From an uncultured virus (IMG/VR IMGVR_UViG_3300020577_001549) (lineage: Duplodnaviria; Heunggongvirae; Uroviricota; Caudoviricetes): 64,000 nt of DNA. How positions within the stretch are numbered: the first letter of the stretch is position 1; each line of letters opens with the position of its first letter. The stretch lies in the IMG/VR virus record IMGVR_UViG_3300020577_001549. The stretch is one strand, 5' to 3'. Below, piece after piece: positions 7,601-16,997 of the stretch. Under the pieces are notes generated by a model, which was not told where the DNA came from, made no database searches, and was given only the letters and a program-made list of their open reading frames with translations. A program made the translations under genes and the position numbers.

Positions 7601-10413
7601 ACCGCCGCACCAATGCGTTCACGGAGTTCGCCAAGCGTGTTTTGCAGGTGTTGGGTCTTGCCCCGACGGATACACACACGGCGCTGGCCACCGCGATGAT
7701 TTCTGTGGACTCCATCATGACTGCCGGACGTCAACTGCAAGTGGCGGAGACTGGCACTGGGGTAGCCACTGCCAAGAACAACCCAATGGCCGTCGCTCCC
7801 AGCACGCGCACCCTAATCGACTCCATGGGGGAGCTGGAGCGCGAAGAAAAGTCCGGCCTCACCCGCCTGATCGAAGGGTTCAAAGCCCAGCCCGAGCTGA
7901 GCTACGCCACCAAGTTCCGCACGCAGACTGCTGATGCGGCTGCCACGATTGAGCACCGCTTGCGCGAAAAGTTCGATGGCGCTGTGCGCGACTCGCTGGG
8001 CAAGTTCAACCCCATGGGCCTGTACCGCCAAGCCCAAGACCACGCCAAGCTGCTGCTCGAATACTTCCAGCAGGGGTCGTTGGTTAAGGACCAGACAACA
8101 GGGTTGTGGCGTGTGGATACCGTCAAAGGCGTGCGTCCACCGGCAGAAGTCTACGCCATGATCGACAAGTACGCCGCCAAGAATGGCCAGACCCGTGAGG
8201 AAGCCACCAAAGATGCCAGCCGCATTTTGGAAGGTGTGCGTCTGGACGAGATGCGCCGGTCGAACCAGCAGGACGGCACCAAGTTCCTGATTCACCTCAA
8301 AGATGCAGAGATTGACCAGCTGGTGCGCGAGTACAAAGCCCAGCCTGACCTGCAGGCCATGAGCAAGATGATGGACGAAGCCCGAAAAGCCATGGTGGAC
8401 AACATGGTGGCGGTGGGGCGACTGACCAAAGAAACCGGGGACGCATGGAAAGACGCCATCGGCTACGTCCCGTTCGACCGTCTGGAAGACGAGAACTTCG
8501 CTGCAGCTTTCAGCAAGGTCAAGAAGATCAGCAACAAGGGTTTGGCCCAAGTCGGCAAGCTGCCAGAACTGGTGGGCTCCGAGCAGCGCCCAGTGGGCAA
8601 CGTGTTCGACAACTACCTGAACACCCTCGGCTGGATGGTTGGCCAGACCATGAAAACAGACGCCTCAGTGCAAACCCTGCGGTCACTGGAGAATGTGCAG
8701 GCGGGCCCGAAGGCCAAGTTCTTGGGGCGCAGCAACCAGAGCAAGCCCAACACCGTCGGCATGTACGTCGATGGGGAGATGATGTACTGGGAGCTGCCAT
8801 CCAAGTACGATGTGCTGGCGTTCAAAGACCTGAACCCGCCCAAGGCTGGCTGGATACGCAATCTCGGCGCGTTCTCCAACGTGCTGCGCAAGTCGGTCAC
8901 GGTGCTGCCACCGTTCGCCCTCAAGCAGGTCACTGACGACGTGCAACGTGCCATCCTGACCTCCGGTGTGAAGAGCCCCGGGGCGCTCCTGCGCATGAGC
9001 TTGGCCAACTTCGGCTCCATGGCTTATGCCGAGCTGCGCGGCATCCAGCACCCCGCTGTGAAAGAGTTTGGGGCCTTGGGCTTGACCGGTGAATACGACT
9101 TCCAAGCTGGCAAGCCCGCCACATCTTTGCTCAAAGACCTTGGGTACAAGAAGCGTGGCAAGTTCGAGACAATCTTGCACCGGCTGGACGGCATCACCCG
9201 GGCCTCTGACTTGGCGGTCCGCAAGGCCATCTACGACCAGACCATGGAGGAGTCGAACAAAGACCAGCTGCTGGCCCAGACCCGCGCCCGCGAGTTCATC
9301 AACTTCCGCCGCCGGGGCGCAAGCCAGGTTGTTGGAGACATGGTCACCACCATCCCGTTCTTCAACGCCTACATCCAAGGTATGGATGTGCTGTACCGTG
9401 CCGCTTCTGGCAAGGACTCCAGCTCCTCTGTGGATCGCGCCCATGCCCGTCGCCTGTTCTGGAGCCGCGCCATCACAGTCACGATGCTGGCCTCGCTGTA
9501 CGCGCTGGGCAAAGATGATGACGACGAGGAATACAAAGAGATGGACCTGCGCACGCGGGACGGCAACTGGATTCTGCCCGGTGGCTACAAGATTCCTGTG
9601 CCGGGCGAATTGGGTGCCATCTTCAAGGTGATCCCCGAGCGCGTGGTGGAATACATGAAGCGCCAAGGCACACCTGAAGAGCAAGATGCGTGGGAAGCCA
9701 CCCGCACGGCCCTGACCTACATCTTCGAGCAGTACGTGGGCCGCGTGACGCCAATCCCGCAAGCGGTAAAACCGCTGTTTGAAGCATGGGCCAACAAATC
9801 GTTCCTGACTGGCCGGCCACTTGAGGGTTTCCACCACCAGCAGATGGACCCGAACATGAAGCGCACCGACCAGACTTCCGAGCTGGCCATTGCCATTTCT
9901 GACTTCGCCAAAGACATGCTCAAAACGCAGGTTTCCCCCATCATGATCGACAACGCGCTGCGCGGGTACTTTGGCTCGACCGCTGCGCTGCTGACGGCCA
10001 CGACCGACTCCCTGCTGAACCCAACGCGAGTGGACCGCCCACTGCACAAGTGGGCCCTGCTCAGCAACTACCTGTACGACCCCGTGGGCAACCGCCGCAT
10101 GACGGAGTTCTACGAGGAGCGCGAGAAGGTCAGCAAGGCTGGGGCCACGCTGCGCGAGCTGATGAGGACTGACATGGACCGGGCCGAGGCCTACGCCAAC
10201 GAGCACGCCGACGAGCTGCAGCTGGAGGGCGCGATCAACGCCACCTTGCAGCAACTGGAAGACACCCGCGCGTACCGCAAGCACCTCAACAGTCCTGATG
10301 GGGCCAAAGAGATGTCGGCCGAAGAACGCGAAGCCGCCCTCAAAGAGGTCAAGCAGATGGAGCTGGCGTATGTGAGCTGGGTGCGCGAGGCCAAGGCCGC
10401 GCTGCGTCAGTAA
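4660..10413 (+). CDS. Large polyvalent/ejection protein with zincin-like metallopeptidase motif and C-terminal LPD38-like domain
   Basis: 1917 aa; HELVH at 7384-7398 plus downstream EFAAEA; C-terminal NWILPGG-KIPVPGELG and PLFEAWANKSFLTGRP resemble LPD38; RBS GAGG. Confidence 0.7.
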   Translation: MAIEAELADGRVLEFPDGTDPSVIQATVKRVLASSEPTKKSTVGSELKRGAQQVASSMQTAYGALTGSPEEAARSGIERSNAINQIAGEGVGFEPVKKAYQEKGLMSAAGEALGQIPRALAGQGANLATMAGGARLGAMAGSAIAPGVGTVVGGALGAGAAMLPQFFGSNVERQASEQMEKGEPVKIDRTKAGVAAAGQAALEGAGSAFTLGKGVVKGVLGIVDDAAITTAKAAQQLEATARRSLTGTVARGAGRGVVGEMPVEVAQQVIERAQAGLDLTSPEALKEYGEAAYQAGLVGGPLGGAGNVVTRGQAQEKIAQRDANVKAKAAAEAQAAEEAKANSEPKLPLVTAPGVQGEMFTPDETGKPVPSPAAGAEATVPELMAERDALRAKEQTPEVQARLDEITQKLVQTEGQQDLGLDYQREYADMAKERERLKQQEPTPEVQARLEELDQQMALYNQSDIESMRAQQESEAAQVKAEATARKKFPALANAPDLATQSDEVKARTQSELFPDEDLGTKPAAEPIAEPTLRSAKEKAPLQYKLPLRQVQEGRTPNRELTIPARPGELTMDDVKNTGIPLRVGMDGWFQQNVVGKTSDEVRALVKRQPELAKGPAPRAKILRELMAPAPAKFEEAPNVEPTPTPTTAVEQPAQPGASEPSVGVPSEPATPKRSTLRLRPASPTPAPVTPDGRGLVSAGQPAVQGDATETTQPAAVETETADEEAARKAEAEDMKRRLEALEKAAQKPAAPKEVKPPAPAAKKEKPAPVDEDAIAPIQDRPNPFDIIAKYKQVKADAEAAVKNKPKAEISHAEKSTLAEAALQERVAQGDVRGALQAILASPKELYNDLDRAVARRILLSNKLPTVQVVEEGSLGKSDDGKVVAGQYDAVNDTISLADGYVGAHTLLHELVHGFTHRAIEAHIAGKTNNAGVRALQELYTHVAKADPEALKTYGMTNLSEFAAEAMSNKNFQAVLQKIPYRRTNAFTEFAKRVLQVLGLAPTDTHTALATAMISVDSIMTAGRQLQVAETGTGVATAKNNPMAVAPSTRTLIDSMGELEREEKSGLTRLIEGFKAQPELSYATKFRTQTADAAATIEHRLREKFDGAVRDSLGKFNPMGLYRQAQDHAKLLLEYFQQGSLVKDQTTGLWRVDTVKGVRPPAEVYAMIDKYAAKNGQTREEATKDASRILEGVRLDEMRRSNQQDGTKFLIHLKDAEIDQLVREYKAQPDLQAMSKMMDEARKAMVDNMVAVGRLTKETGDAWKDAIGYVPFDRLEDENFAAAFSKVKKISNKGLAQVGKLPELVGSEQRPVGNVFDNYLNTLGWMVGQTMKTDASVQTLRSLENVQAGPKAKFLGRSNQSKPNTVGMYVDGEMMYWELPSKYDVLAFKDLNPPKAGWIRNLGAFSNVLRKSVTVLPPFALKQVTDDVQRAILTSGVKSPGALLRMSLANFGSMAYAELRGIQHPAVKEFGALGLTGEYDFQAGKPATSLLKDLGYKKRGKFETILHRLDGITRASDLAVRKAIYDQTMEESNKDQLLAQTRAREFINFRRRGASQVVGDMVTTIPFFNAYIQGMDVLYRAASGKDSSSSVDRAHARRLFWSRAITVTMLASLYALGKDDDDEEYKEMDLRTRDGNWILPGGYKIPVPGELGAIFKVIPERVVEYMKRQGTPEEQDAWEATRTALTYIFEQYVGRVTPIPQAVKPLFEAWANKSFLTGRPLEGFHHQQMDPNMKRTDQTSELAIAISDFAKDMLKTQVSPIMIDNALRGYFGSTAALLTATTDSLLNPTRVDRPLHKWALLSNYLYDPVGNRRMTEFYEEREKVSKAGATLRELMRTDMDRAEAYANEHADELQLEGAINATLQQLEDTRAYRKHLNSPDGAKEMSAEEREAALKEVKQMELAYVSWVREAKAALRQ
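6575..6811 (+). CDS. Candidate overprinted small protein (78 aa) in an alternative frame of the giant gene
   Basis: GAGGA 8 nt upstream of ATG 6575; helical-looking product (EQVSQAWEFLVSL, DADWYLLDSLLCREM); the host frame here is a low-complexity linker. Confidence 0.45.
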   Translation: MSSRPLPRRLQLSSPLSPEQVSQAWEFLVSLPHPSDPLFDCDPPAPPQHLSHLTDADWYLLDSLLCREMRLKQLSPLQ

Positions 10414-10667
10414 ACCCGCCAGACCCGGACGCCGTAGCGTCCGTACTCACAGCGGTTGCGCACCTGCAGCTGTATTCCCAAATACCGGGCGTACGGCTGC
10501 AGGGCTTCAAACGCTTGCTTCTTGGTGGCGGTGGTGGGTAGGAAAAATGAAGCGCCCACAGACAGGCGGCTCCAGTCAACGAAGTAGTCCACCCCGAACA
10601 GGGTGAACTGCCTCACATCGTCAACCGGCTTGGGAACCGGCTTACTTCTCCTCGAACGTCTCTGCAT
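10407..10667 (-). CDS. Small putative DNA-binding protein
   Basis: LSVGASFF...GVRVWRV pattern common in small phage proteins; start inferred at ATG 10667 overlapping the primase stop. Confidence 0.6.
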   Translation of the reverse strand: MQRRSRRSKPVPKPVDDVRQFTLFGVDYFVDWSRLSVGASFFLPTTATKKQAFEALQPYARYLGIQLQVRNRCEYGRYGVRVWRVY

Positions 10668-13470
10668 CGATACCCAGTGCGTTGCCATCAAACACGTAGC
10701 ACCGGACAGGCAGACCTTGCAGGTTGCCCACCGCGCCAGCGCCAAGGCGGATCGGGTGTGACTTGCCGTCGTACTTCATGAGCTTGATGGCATGCAGGCG
10801 CTGAATGCTGTCCCGCACGTCCACCTGCCGCATGGAGAAGAACTTGCGGAACTCCTGCACGGTGATGGCCAGTTCGTGGGTCATCGGGTCGTAGCGCATG
10901 AGCAGCTTGTTCCGTGGCGACATGGCGGGGCGCTCGGGCACGCCGTTTACGCTGGCCATCGGGGCCACCAGTGCGTTGTTGACGTTCTCGTTGACGAACG
11001 CGGCCAGTGTCTCCTGCGCGATCACAGTGGGGTCCCCAATGTCCGCCTTGGTGGCGGTCCGGTTCTGCTCGACCAGCGCCAGCGCGAATTCGTACACGCG
11101 GTTGATCGTGATGTCATGAAGCCCGAGGCGCTGAGAAATCAGGGCCCCCACGAACGCGCAGGTCAAGATCGCGGAGTAGAAGCGGTCGGCCTGATCCAGA
11201 TGCAAGGCACCATCGATCTTGGTCTGCATCTTACCCAGCAACGACTTGACCTCGGCCATGTGCGACAGCACGTACTCGATGTAGATCGGGCCCGCCACGC
11301 CGAAGTTGGAGCTCAGCTTGGTGAACACGCTGTCGATTTCCTGTTTGGAGGCCCCCGTGTACTTTGGCACTGCAATCTCCAGCACGCGGCGCAGTTCGCC
11401 GTCGGCGGTGCTCTTGTACTGTTGCAGCACGTCAGTCACCGAAGCGTTGCCCGAGGTCAGGGTGATGTTGCACCACGTTGTGTGGTTCGCACGCATCTTG
11501 TTGGTCTGTGACTCCATGCGGTGCTTGCCCCGGCCAGAGGTGCAGCCGTAGGCCATGTCCGACAGGATTTCGGCCTTCTCGTTGGTGATCTCGTCAATCG
11601 TGTAGATCAGGCTGTTCATCATGCCCAGCCGGTGCATCTTGGAGGCGTATGAGTCCTCCTTCTTCATCAGCAGGTCGTCAGGGTGCCCAAAGATCGAGTT
11701 GGCCACCATCTGCGCCGTGGTCTTGCCGGAGCCCGAACCGTTGTGCTTGAGGTGGACCATCGCGCCCTTGACGGCATTGCCGTCCATGAGCTTCAACAGC
11801 GGGGAGCCAAAGCCAAAGAACAGGGCCAGCGCATGCGGCTCCAGCCCCGCGCGGTCGTAGAAATTGGCGATGCTCTTCCACTCGTCGAGTGAGCCAGTGG
11901 GTTTGAAGTGGGCAGCCAGCTCGCGTGTGCCGCTGGCGGGCGGGGCCAGCTTGACACCGGTTGAGGTGTACTCGACCTCGCCCAACACGAAGCCCAGCAT
12001 GTCCGGGGTCCACCCCATCTGGTTGCGGGTGCGGTTTGCAGCATATTGCGATTGCAGCTTGCGGATTGCAGAAGCAAAGTAGGCCATGAGAAGTTCCAGT
12101 TTTTTGCCGTATGCGATGACGCCGTTGCGCACGAGCACATCGCGCAGTTTGTCAGTAGCGAAAAGCGAAGTGACTGGGGTGTAGAAGCGGCGCACGCCAT
12201 CCTTGCGCATGTGCAAGTTGATCCCCACCATTTCACCATCACCCGAGCCGGTTTCGTCCGAGTCGTAGAAGCGCTCTGTCAGGTAGAGGTCGTCAGGGTA
12301 AATTTCAACTTCAATGTCGTCGCCGTCCTTGTTGCGGTCCCTGCGGAACACGCCGCCGTTGGCCCCACGGAAGTACGGGAAGGGGTAGGCTGGGATGGTC
12401 AGCGACATGGCGGGAGACTCGTCGTCTTCCTCTTTCTCGACCACGTACTGATCGTCCGTGACCTGTGCCTCCTCCACGACTTTGCCGATCAAGATCGGGC
12501 TGCTGATCAGCTGCGTGCAGCCGCGGCAGCCTTCGTGATAGTTGTCCTTGTACCACTGGCAAGTGTACGGGCCCTTGGTTTCAGCGGCCTTGGCTTCCGT
12601 GTTCGCCGGGGTGTAGTCGGGGTGGGCTTGCGACAGCTTGTGAATGGCCGTGGCACCGTCCTCACACCGGACGGCAATTGACAGGGCGGCACGCCACAGG
12701 GGCTCTTCCAGATTGGCGGCGTCCACGATCGCATGCTTGATCTGGTTGCATCCGGTGCCATTCACGCTGCGCGTCACCACGCGGGAGAACATGCACTTAG
12801 GGTAATCCCCACCAGCCACGTCACGGGTCGAGTCGTCCATGCCGTACTGTTTGGCCGCTGACAGGTCAACGGGTGCAGGGGGTAGGAGCTCGATGAACGC
12901 TTTAAGGTCAGTCGGCTGGCCTTGTGCAACGATCTGGACTGGGCGGCGCTGGCCACCCTTGAAGTTGTTGGTGCCGGGTATGCGCAGGATACGCGCCGCG
13001 TCAGCGGTTATCGCTGGGTCGGCATGCAGGTTGTGCTGGACGCACAAACGCTTGAGTGATTTCGCATGGGGTGTCCAGTTGGCAACCGCCACGTCTTCTG
13101 TGAGTGGCCAGTACACATGCAGGCCACCGCCTGAGTTGACCACGGTCGGGCTTGGGAGCCCTGTGTCTTTGATGAAAATGGAGAGTGCCTGTGCGGCGGC
13201 TGGCTGGTCGGCATAGGGTTTACCTGTACCGCAGTCCAGATCGAGAAAGAACGCACGCAGGAACGTGGCATTGGCCACTGTGCGGCCGGAGTCGTCGTTG
13301 AATGTGGCCAATGCGAAGTACGCATCAACCCCGGAAGCATCAAGCCCACTTCCAACTGCATCAACATCAGCAATCGTGGCTTGAAACGATTGCTTGACCA
13401 CACCAGACCTGATCCCCACCGTGCAGTACATGCCCTGTGTGGGCAGAACGGATTCGAGAAAGTCAGTCAC
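10642..13470 (-). CDS. Primase-helicase (N-terminal primase-polymerase-like domain, DUF927-type P-loop helicase)
   Basis: FFLDLD, NSGGGLHVYW and DAARILRIPGT primase motifs; Walker A GSGSGKTT and Walker B YTIDE. Confidence 0.85.
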   Translation of the reverse strand: MTDFLESVLPTQGMYCTVGIRSGVVKQSFQATIADVDAVGSGLDASGVDAYFALATFNDDSGRTVANATFLRAFFLDLDCGTGKPYADQPAAAQALSIFIKDTGLPSPTVVNSGGGLHVYWPLTEDVAVANWTPHAKSLKRLCVQHNLHADPAITADAARILRIPGTNNFKGGQRRPVQIVAQGQPTDLKAFIELLPPAPVDLSAAKQYGMDDSTRDVAGGDYPKCMFSRVVTRSVNGTGCNQIKHAIVDAANLEEPLWRAALSIAVRCEDGATAIHKLSQAHPDYTPANTEAKAAETKGPYTCQWYKDNYHEGCRGCTQLISSPILIGKVVEEAQVTDDQYVVEKEEDDESPAMSLTIPAYPFPYFRGANGGVFRRDRNKDGDDIEVEIYPDDLYLTERFYDSDETGSGDGEMVGINLHMRKDGVRRFYTPVTSLFATDKLRDVLVRNGVIAYGKKLELLMAYFASAIRKLQSQYAANRTRNQMGWTPDMLGFVLGEVEYTSTGVKLAPPASGTRELAAHFKPTGSLDEWKSIANFYDRAGLEPHALALFFGFGSPLLKLMDGNAVKGAMVHLKHNGSGSGKTTAQMVANSIFGHPDDLLMKKEDSYASKMHRLGMMNSLIYTIDEITNEKAEILSDMAYGCTSGRGKHRMESQTNKMRANHTTWCNITLTSGNASVTDVLQQYKSTADGELRRVLEIAVPKYTGASKQEIDSVFTKLSSNFGVAGPIYIEYVLSHMAEVKSLLGKMQTKIDGALHLDQADRFYSAILTCAFVGALISQRLGLHDITINRVYEFALALVEQNRTATKADIGDPTVIAQETLAAFVNENVNNALVAPMASVNGVPERPAMSPRNKLLMRYDPMTHELAITVQEFRKFFSMRQVDVRDSIQRLHAIKLMKYDGKSHPIRLGAGAVGNLQGLPVRCYVFDGNALGIDAETFEEK

Positions 13471-13494
13471 AAAACCTCGCGGATAACTGGGATG

Positions 13495-13526
13495 AAAAAA
13501 GGGGCGGCAGGAGAACCCGCCGCCCC
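13495..13526 (-). terminator. Intrinsic terminator upstream of the primase gene
   Basis: ggggcggc/gccgcccc stem followed by T6 on the minus strand. Confidence 0.7.
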
Positions 13527-13537
13527 GCTGGGCGCGA

Positions 13538-13786
13538 TCACTTGCGCTTGGACAAGCGCCGTGTGATCTTTGGGATCAACGCCAGATACCGAGGGTTTGG
13601 TGATGTCTTCCCCGTCATCCAGTTGTAGACAGTCGCGCGGGTCACACCGATCAGCTCTGCCACTTCCGTGACAGGGATGTTCTTCTCGATGCACACATCA
13701 GCCAGCGCCAGCACGGCGGGCTTCTGGTCGGCTTCTTCCACCTTGCGGATGAAGAGGGAGTCATACCCCCGGGCTCTGTCATTCAT
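13538..13786 (-). CDS. Cro/XRE-like helix-turn-helix protein
   Basis: VTEVAELIGVTRATVYNWMTGKTSP HTH signature. Confidence 0.8.
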   Translation of the reverse strand: MNDRARGYDSLFIRKVEEADQKPAVLALADVCIEKNIPVTEVAELIGVTRATVYNWMTGKTSPNPRYLALIPKITRRLSKRK

Positions 13787-14693
13787 CGTCGGTGGCCCAT
13801 GCTTCCAACACATCAGATACCGACTTGGTTGCTGCCGGTGTCACAGCAGGCTTGCTCTTCGCTTCACGCTTGGTAGGCTCGGCCACGTCTTCGGCTTGCA
13901 GCTTGGTGGAGGCGGCGTCGTCCTTGGCGGGGATCGCAGCATCCTTGAACGCTGCGGGCAGCGCGGCGGGCTTGTTGTCGGTCTTGCTGGGCACCATCTT
14001 GAACTCGATGGCCTGTGCGGCATCTTCGGTCAAGCTCTGAGCCTTGGCAGCTTCCCACTCCTCACGCTCCAGCGGGCGCACGGCGCGGAACTTCAAGACC
14101 GGCACAGCTTCGGCAGTGTCGAAGCGGGCTTCGGTCACCACACCAGTGATTGGGATGCCGTGGCCAGACAGGAACTTGCCGTAGGCTTGCAGGGGCATCT
14201 TCTCACCTTCCGCGCGGCCGAAGTACGACTTGGCGGGCACCGACAGGCGGTAGATGTTGCCGGAGATGTCGTTTTCCAACGCCACGGCCAGACGCTTGCT
14301 GTAACGGCATGCGCGGGACTTGCCTTCACCGGAGCCTTCGATGTTCTGAGGGCAGGTGGCACAGGTCTTGCCTTGTGGGTTGGGCACTTCTTCGTTGGGC
14401 ACAGTGCCTTCGGCAGACCAGCATGTGGGTTTGACGTCCTTGCCTTCTTCGTACTTGTCCGCGTAGAACGTGCGGGACACACCCTTACCAGCAGAAATCA
14501 CCACGATGTTCATCGCGCGTTCTTCGTTCTTGGCAACTTCTTCACCACCGACCACCATGCGCCATACGCCGCCTTTGATCGAGATTTGTTTGCCGCCGGA
14601 CGAGCCAGCGATTTCTTTGGTGGTTGCGTCAGATGCCTCACGCAAGTAGTCGGGGATGACGGAGCCGGATTTGAAAAGAGTCATGTTGCTCAT
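13779..14693 (-). CDS. Putative single-stranded DNA-binding/replication protein
   Basis: 304 aa in the replication cluster; Cys cluster; flexible tail ending in acidic WATDDE; RBS AGGA. Confidence 0.55.
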   Translation of the reverse strand: MSNMTLFKSGSVIPDYLREASDATTKEIAGSSGGKQISIKGGVWRMVVGGEEVAKNEERAMNIVVISAGKGVSRTFYADKYEEGKDVKPTCWSAEGTVPNEEVPNPQGKTCATCPQNIEGSGEGKSRACRYSKRLAVALENDISGNIYRLSVPAKSYFGRAEGEKMPLQAYGKFLSGHGIPITGVVTEARFDTAEAVPVLKFRAVRPLEREEWEAAKAQSLTEDAAQAIEFKMVPSKTDNKPAALPAAFKDAAIPAKDDAASTKLQAEDVAEPTKREAKSKPAVTPAATKSVSDVLEAWATDDE

Positions 14694-14712
14694 GTTGATT
14701 TCCTAGTTTGGT

Positions 14713-15099
14713 TTAACGTGCTCGGGTGACAGTGATGGCGTAGCGCGAGTCTACGTTCATGCCCTCGGGCATTTTGTCAGGGTTGGCCTGCAAGAATTCC
14801 TTGAAGGTGGTCTGACTTACGCGACGTTCCAGAAGTTCTGGCGCATCGTGTTCTTTGATGAAACGGTACATGCTATCCCAATCGGAAGTCCAGTACCGAG
14901 TCTTGACGGACCGTCGGAACGACCCGGATTGTGTTTTGCCGCCGTCTTGGCCTGTGGTCTTGCACAGCTCCAGCAGCTCTGTTTCGATGGTTTGCAGTTG
15001 TTCGTCGAGGGCGGCGATCTCTGCTTCCAGCTCTTTGGTTTTTGCGGCCTTGGCGTCACGAATTTTCACGTAGACCTTGACCAGCGTATCTGCGTCCAT
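14713..15099 (-). CDS. Phage replication-region coiled-coil protein
   Basis: 128 aa; N-terminal coiled coil; DWDSMYRFI motif. Confidence 0.7.
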   Translation of the reverse strand: MDADTLVKVYVKIRDAKAAKTKELEAEIAALDEQLQTIETELLELCKTTGQDGGKTQSGSFRRSVKTRYWTSDWDSMYRFIKEHDAPELLERRVSQTTFKEFLQANPDKMPEGMNVDSRYAITVTRAR

Positions 15100-15100
15100 G

Positions 15101-15268
15101 TTACTCGCGCTCCTTGTAGCCTTCTGGTGCAGTTAGGTTGACTGCGGATTCTTCATTGTCCATAGCGCGTACGAGCATAGACACGGCGTGTCGCAGTGAC
15201 TCGACTTGCACCCGAAGGCACAGAATTACGTCCTTCTGGTATTCAATTATTTCTTTGGTGTTGTCCAT
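15101..15268 (-). CDS. Hypothetical protein (55 aa)
   Basis: MDNTKEIIEYQKD... read manually; fills the gap between the promoter and the next gene. Confidence 0.6.
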   Translation of the reverse strand: MDNTKEIIEYQKDVILCLRVQVESLRHAVSMLVRAMDNEESAVNLTAPEGYKERE

Positions 15269-15303
15269 GGGGTTTCCGTTTGATTTACGTTGAACGAAAT
15301 TAA

Positions 15304-15331
15304 ATTATACAGTGTCAAATCTTCATGTCAA
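15304..15331 (-). promoter_or_regulatory. Sigma70-type promoter for replication genes
   Basis: TTGACA-16 nt-TATAAT on the minus strand. Confidence 0.75.
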
Positions 15332-16874
15332 TCTCCTGTTTGTACAAATCGACCAGAGCTTGGTGAAGATCGACCTTGCTCTGCAGCAATGAATACATGC
15401 GGCGCTCAACGGGGCTGCCTTGCAGGTGAGTGACGGTGACACAGTTCTTCTGCCCCGCGCGGTGCGCTCGGGCATTGGCTTGAATGTAAATCTCCGTGGA
15501 TGATACCGGCCCCCACCAGACAACTTGGTTGGCTCGGGTTAGGGTAATCCCGTGGGCCGTGGCTTGCGGCACCATGATCAAAATGCGGGGGTCGTCCTCT
15601 GTCTGGAAGGCCTTGATGATTTCCGCCCGCTTGGTCGCCGCCACGCCGCCGTGGATGGTTGCAGTGGTGTAGCCCGCCTTGATCACGCGGTCGTCCAGCA
15701 TCTCCAGCGTGTGGCGGTATGGCACAAACACCAGCACCTTCTCGTTGGTGCCAGCGATCACATCCAGCAGCTCATTCACGCGGTTGTCCACATCGAACTC
15801 AACCACGTCTCTGTCGTCCGTGTACACAGCCCCCTGCGAGATTTGCAGCAGCTTGTTGAGCATGGATGCAGCGTTGACCGCAGTGACCTCTGAGCCGGCC
15901 GCAATGACGGCCATCTGTTTTCGGATCGCCTCGTAGTATTTGGACTGCTGCGGTGTCAGCGGCACCTCGCGGGTGGAGTACAGCATGTCCGGCAGGTCGA
16001 GGCATTCCTCTTTGGTGAACCGGATGGCTGGCTGCAAGACCTGATGCACGATGGTCTGCGCATCGTTGCGTGGGGCCCACCGGTACTGCGAGAGCTTGAT
16101 CATCACGCGGTCGCGGAACGCGCCGAAGAACTTGGGCACCGCATCGGGGTTGACCAACTTGGCCAAGCCGTACGCATCGAGTGGCGACTGCGATGCCGGT
16201 GTGCCGGTCATCATCCACAGGCGGGTAGTGGGCTTGACCAGTGCGGCCAAGCACTTCCATCGTTCGGTCTGCACGGTCTTGATGGCGTTGGCCTCGTCCA
16301 CGATGATCAGATCGAACCCACCATTCACCAACTCGTTGGTGACAACTTTCACGCCGTCGAAGTTGATGATGACGAACTCGTACTTGCCAGCGATCACGGC
16401 TTGGCGTTGGGTGCGGGTGCCTTGTGCGATGGCCACCGTGCGGTGCATCACAGTCTTGAACAAGTCCGAGCGCCACGCCGTCTCCATGATCGACACAGGG
16501 CACACGATCAGCACTCTGGTGACCTTGCCTTGGCTCATGAGGTAGTCCGCCGCCCACGCCGCAGCAGAGGTCTTGCCTGTGCCTGCTTCGTTAAACACAA
16601 AGCAACGCGGGTTGAGCGTCAGGAACTCGGCAGTGGTGCGTTGGTGGTCGAACGGGGAGAACATGCCCGGCCACTTATATCGGCCCCGGATGGGGCTTGG
16701 CACATCTTTGATGCCCATGTTGCGAAGCAGTTGCACTTCGTCGAAGCCCCAATTGACCAGCAGCTGGTCAACGTCTCCGTTTGATGCAATGACTTTGCTC
16801 TTGGGGATGATCGCAGTGATCTGCCCCGCCTTGCGCGTGTTGAACAGCAACGCCTTGTCTTGAATGACTTGCAT
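15315..16874 (-). CDS. SNF2-family (SF2) helicase
   Basis: EAGTGKT, IIVDEA, MTGTP and QANARAHRAGQ motifs. Confidence 0.9.
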   Translation of the reverse strand: MQVIQDKALLFNTRKAGQITAIIPKSKVIASNGDVDQLLVNWGFDEVQLLRNMGIKDVPSPIRGRYKWPGMFSPFDHQRTTAEFLTLNPRCFVFNEAGTGKTSAAAWAADYLMSQGKVTRVLIVCPVSIMETAWRSDLFKTVMHRTVAIAQGTRTQRQAVIAGKYEFVIINFDGVKVVTNELVNGGFDLIIVDEANAIKTVQTERWKCLAALVKPTTRLWMMTGTPASQSPLDAYGLAKLVNPDAVPKFFGAFRDRVMIKLSQYRWAPRNDAQTIVHQVLQPAIRFTKEECLDLPDMLYSTREVPLTPQQSKYYEAIRKQMAVIAAGSEVTAVNAASMLNKLLQISQGAVYTDDRDVVEFDVDNRVNELLDVIAGTNEKVLVFVPYRHTLEMLDDRVIKAGYTTATIHGGVAATKRAEIIKAFQTEDDPRILIMVPQATAHGITLTRANQVVWWGPVSSTEIYIQANARAHRAGQKNCVTVTHLQGSPVERRMYSLLQSKVDLHQALVDLYKQEIDMKI

Positions 16875-16911
16875 GGTTGAGTTGATAGACAGTGAATTGA
16901 ATGACAGACGG

Positions 16912-16944
16912 AAAAAGTGGCCCGGTAGCGGAACTACCGGGCCA
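16912..16944 (-). terminator. Intrinsic terminator-like hairpin upstream of the helicase gene
   Basis: tggcccggtag/ctaccgggcca 11-bp stem followed by CTTTTT on the minus strand. Confidence 0.65.
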
Positions 16945-16997
16945 AACCCATAGGAGAATTACCATGTCGGACCCTCATCCGACACCACAATCGTAGC

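Noticed and set aside
1595..10284. Long antisense ORFs (1595-3187, 6163-7740, 8683-10284)
   Set aside because: Shadows of GC3-biased + strand genes, with no recognisable motifs
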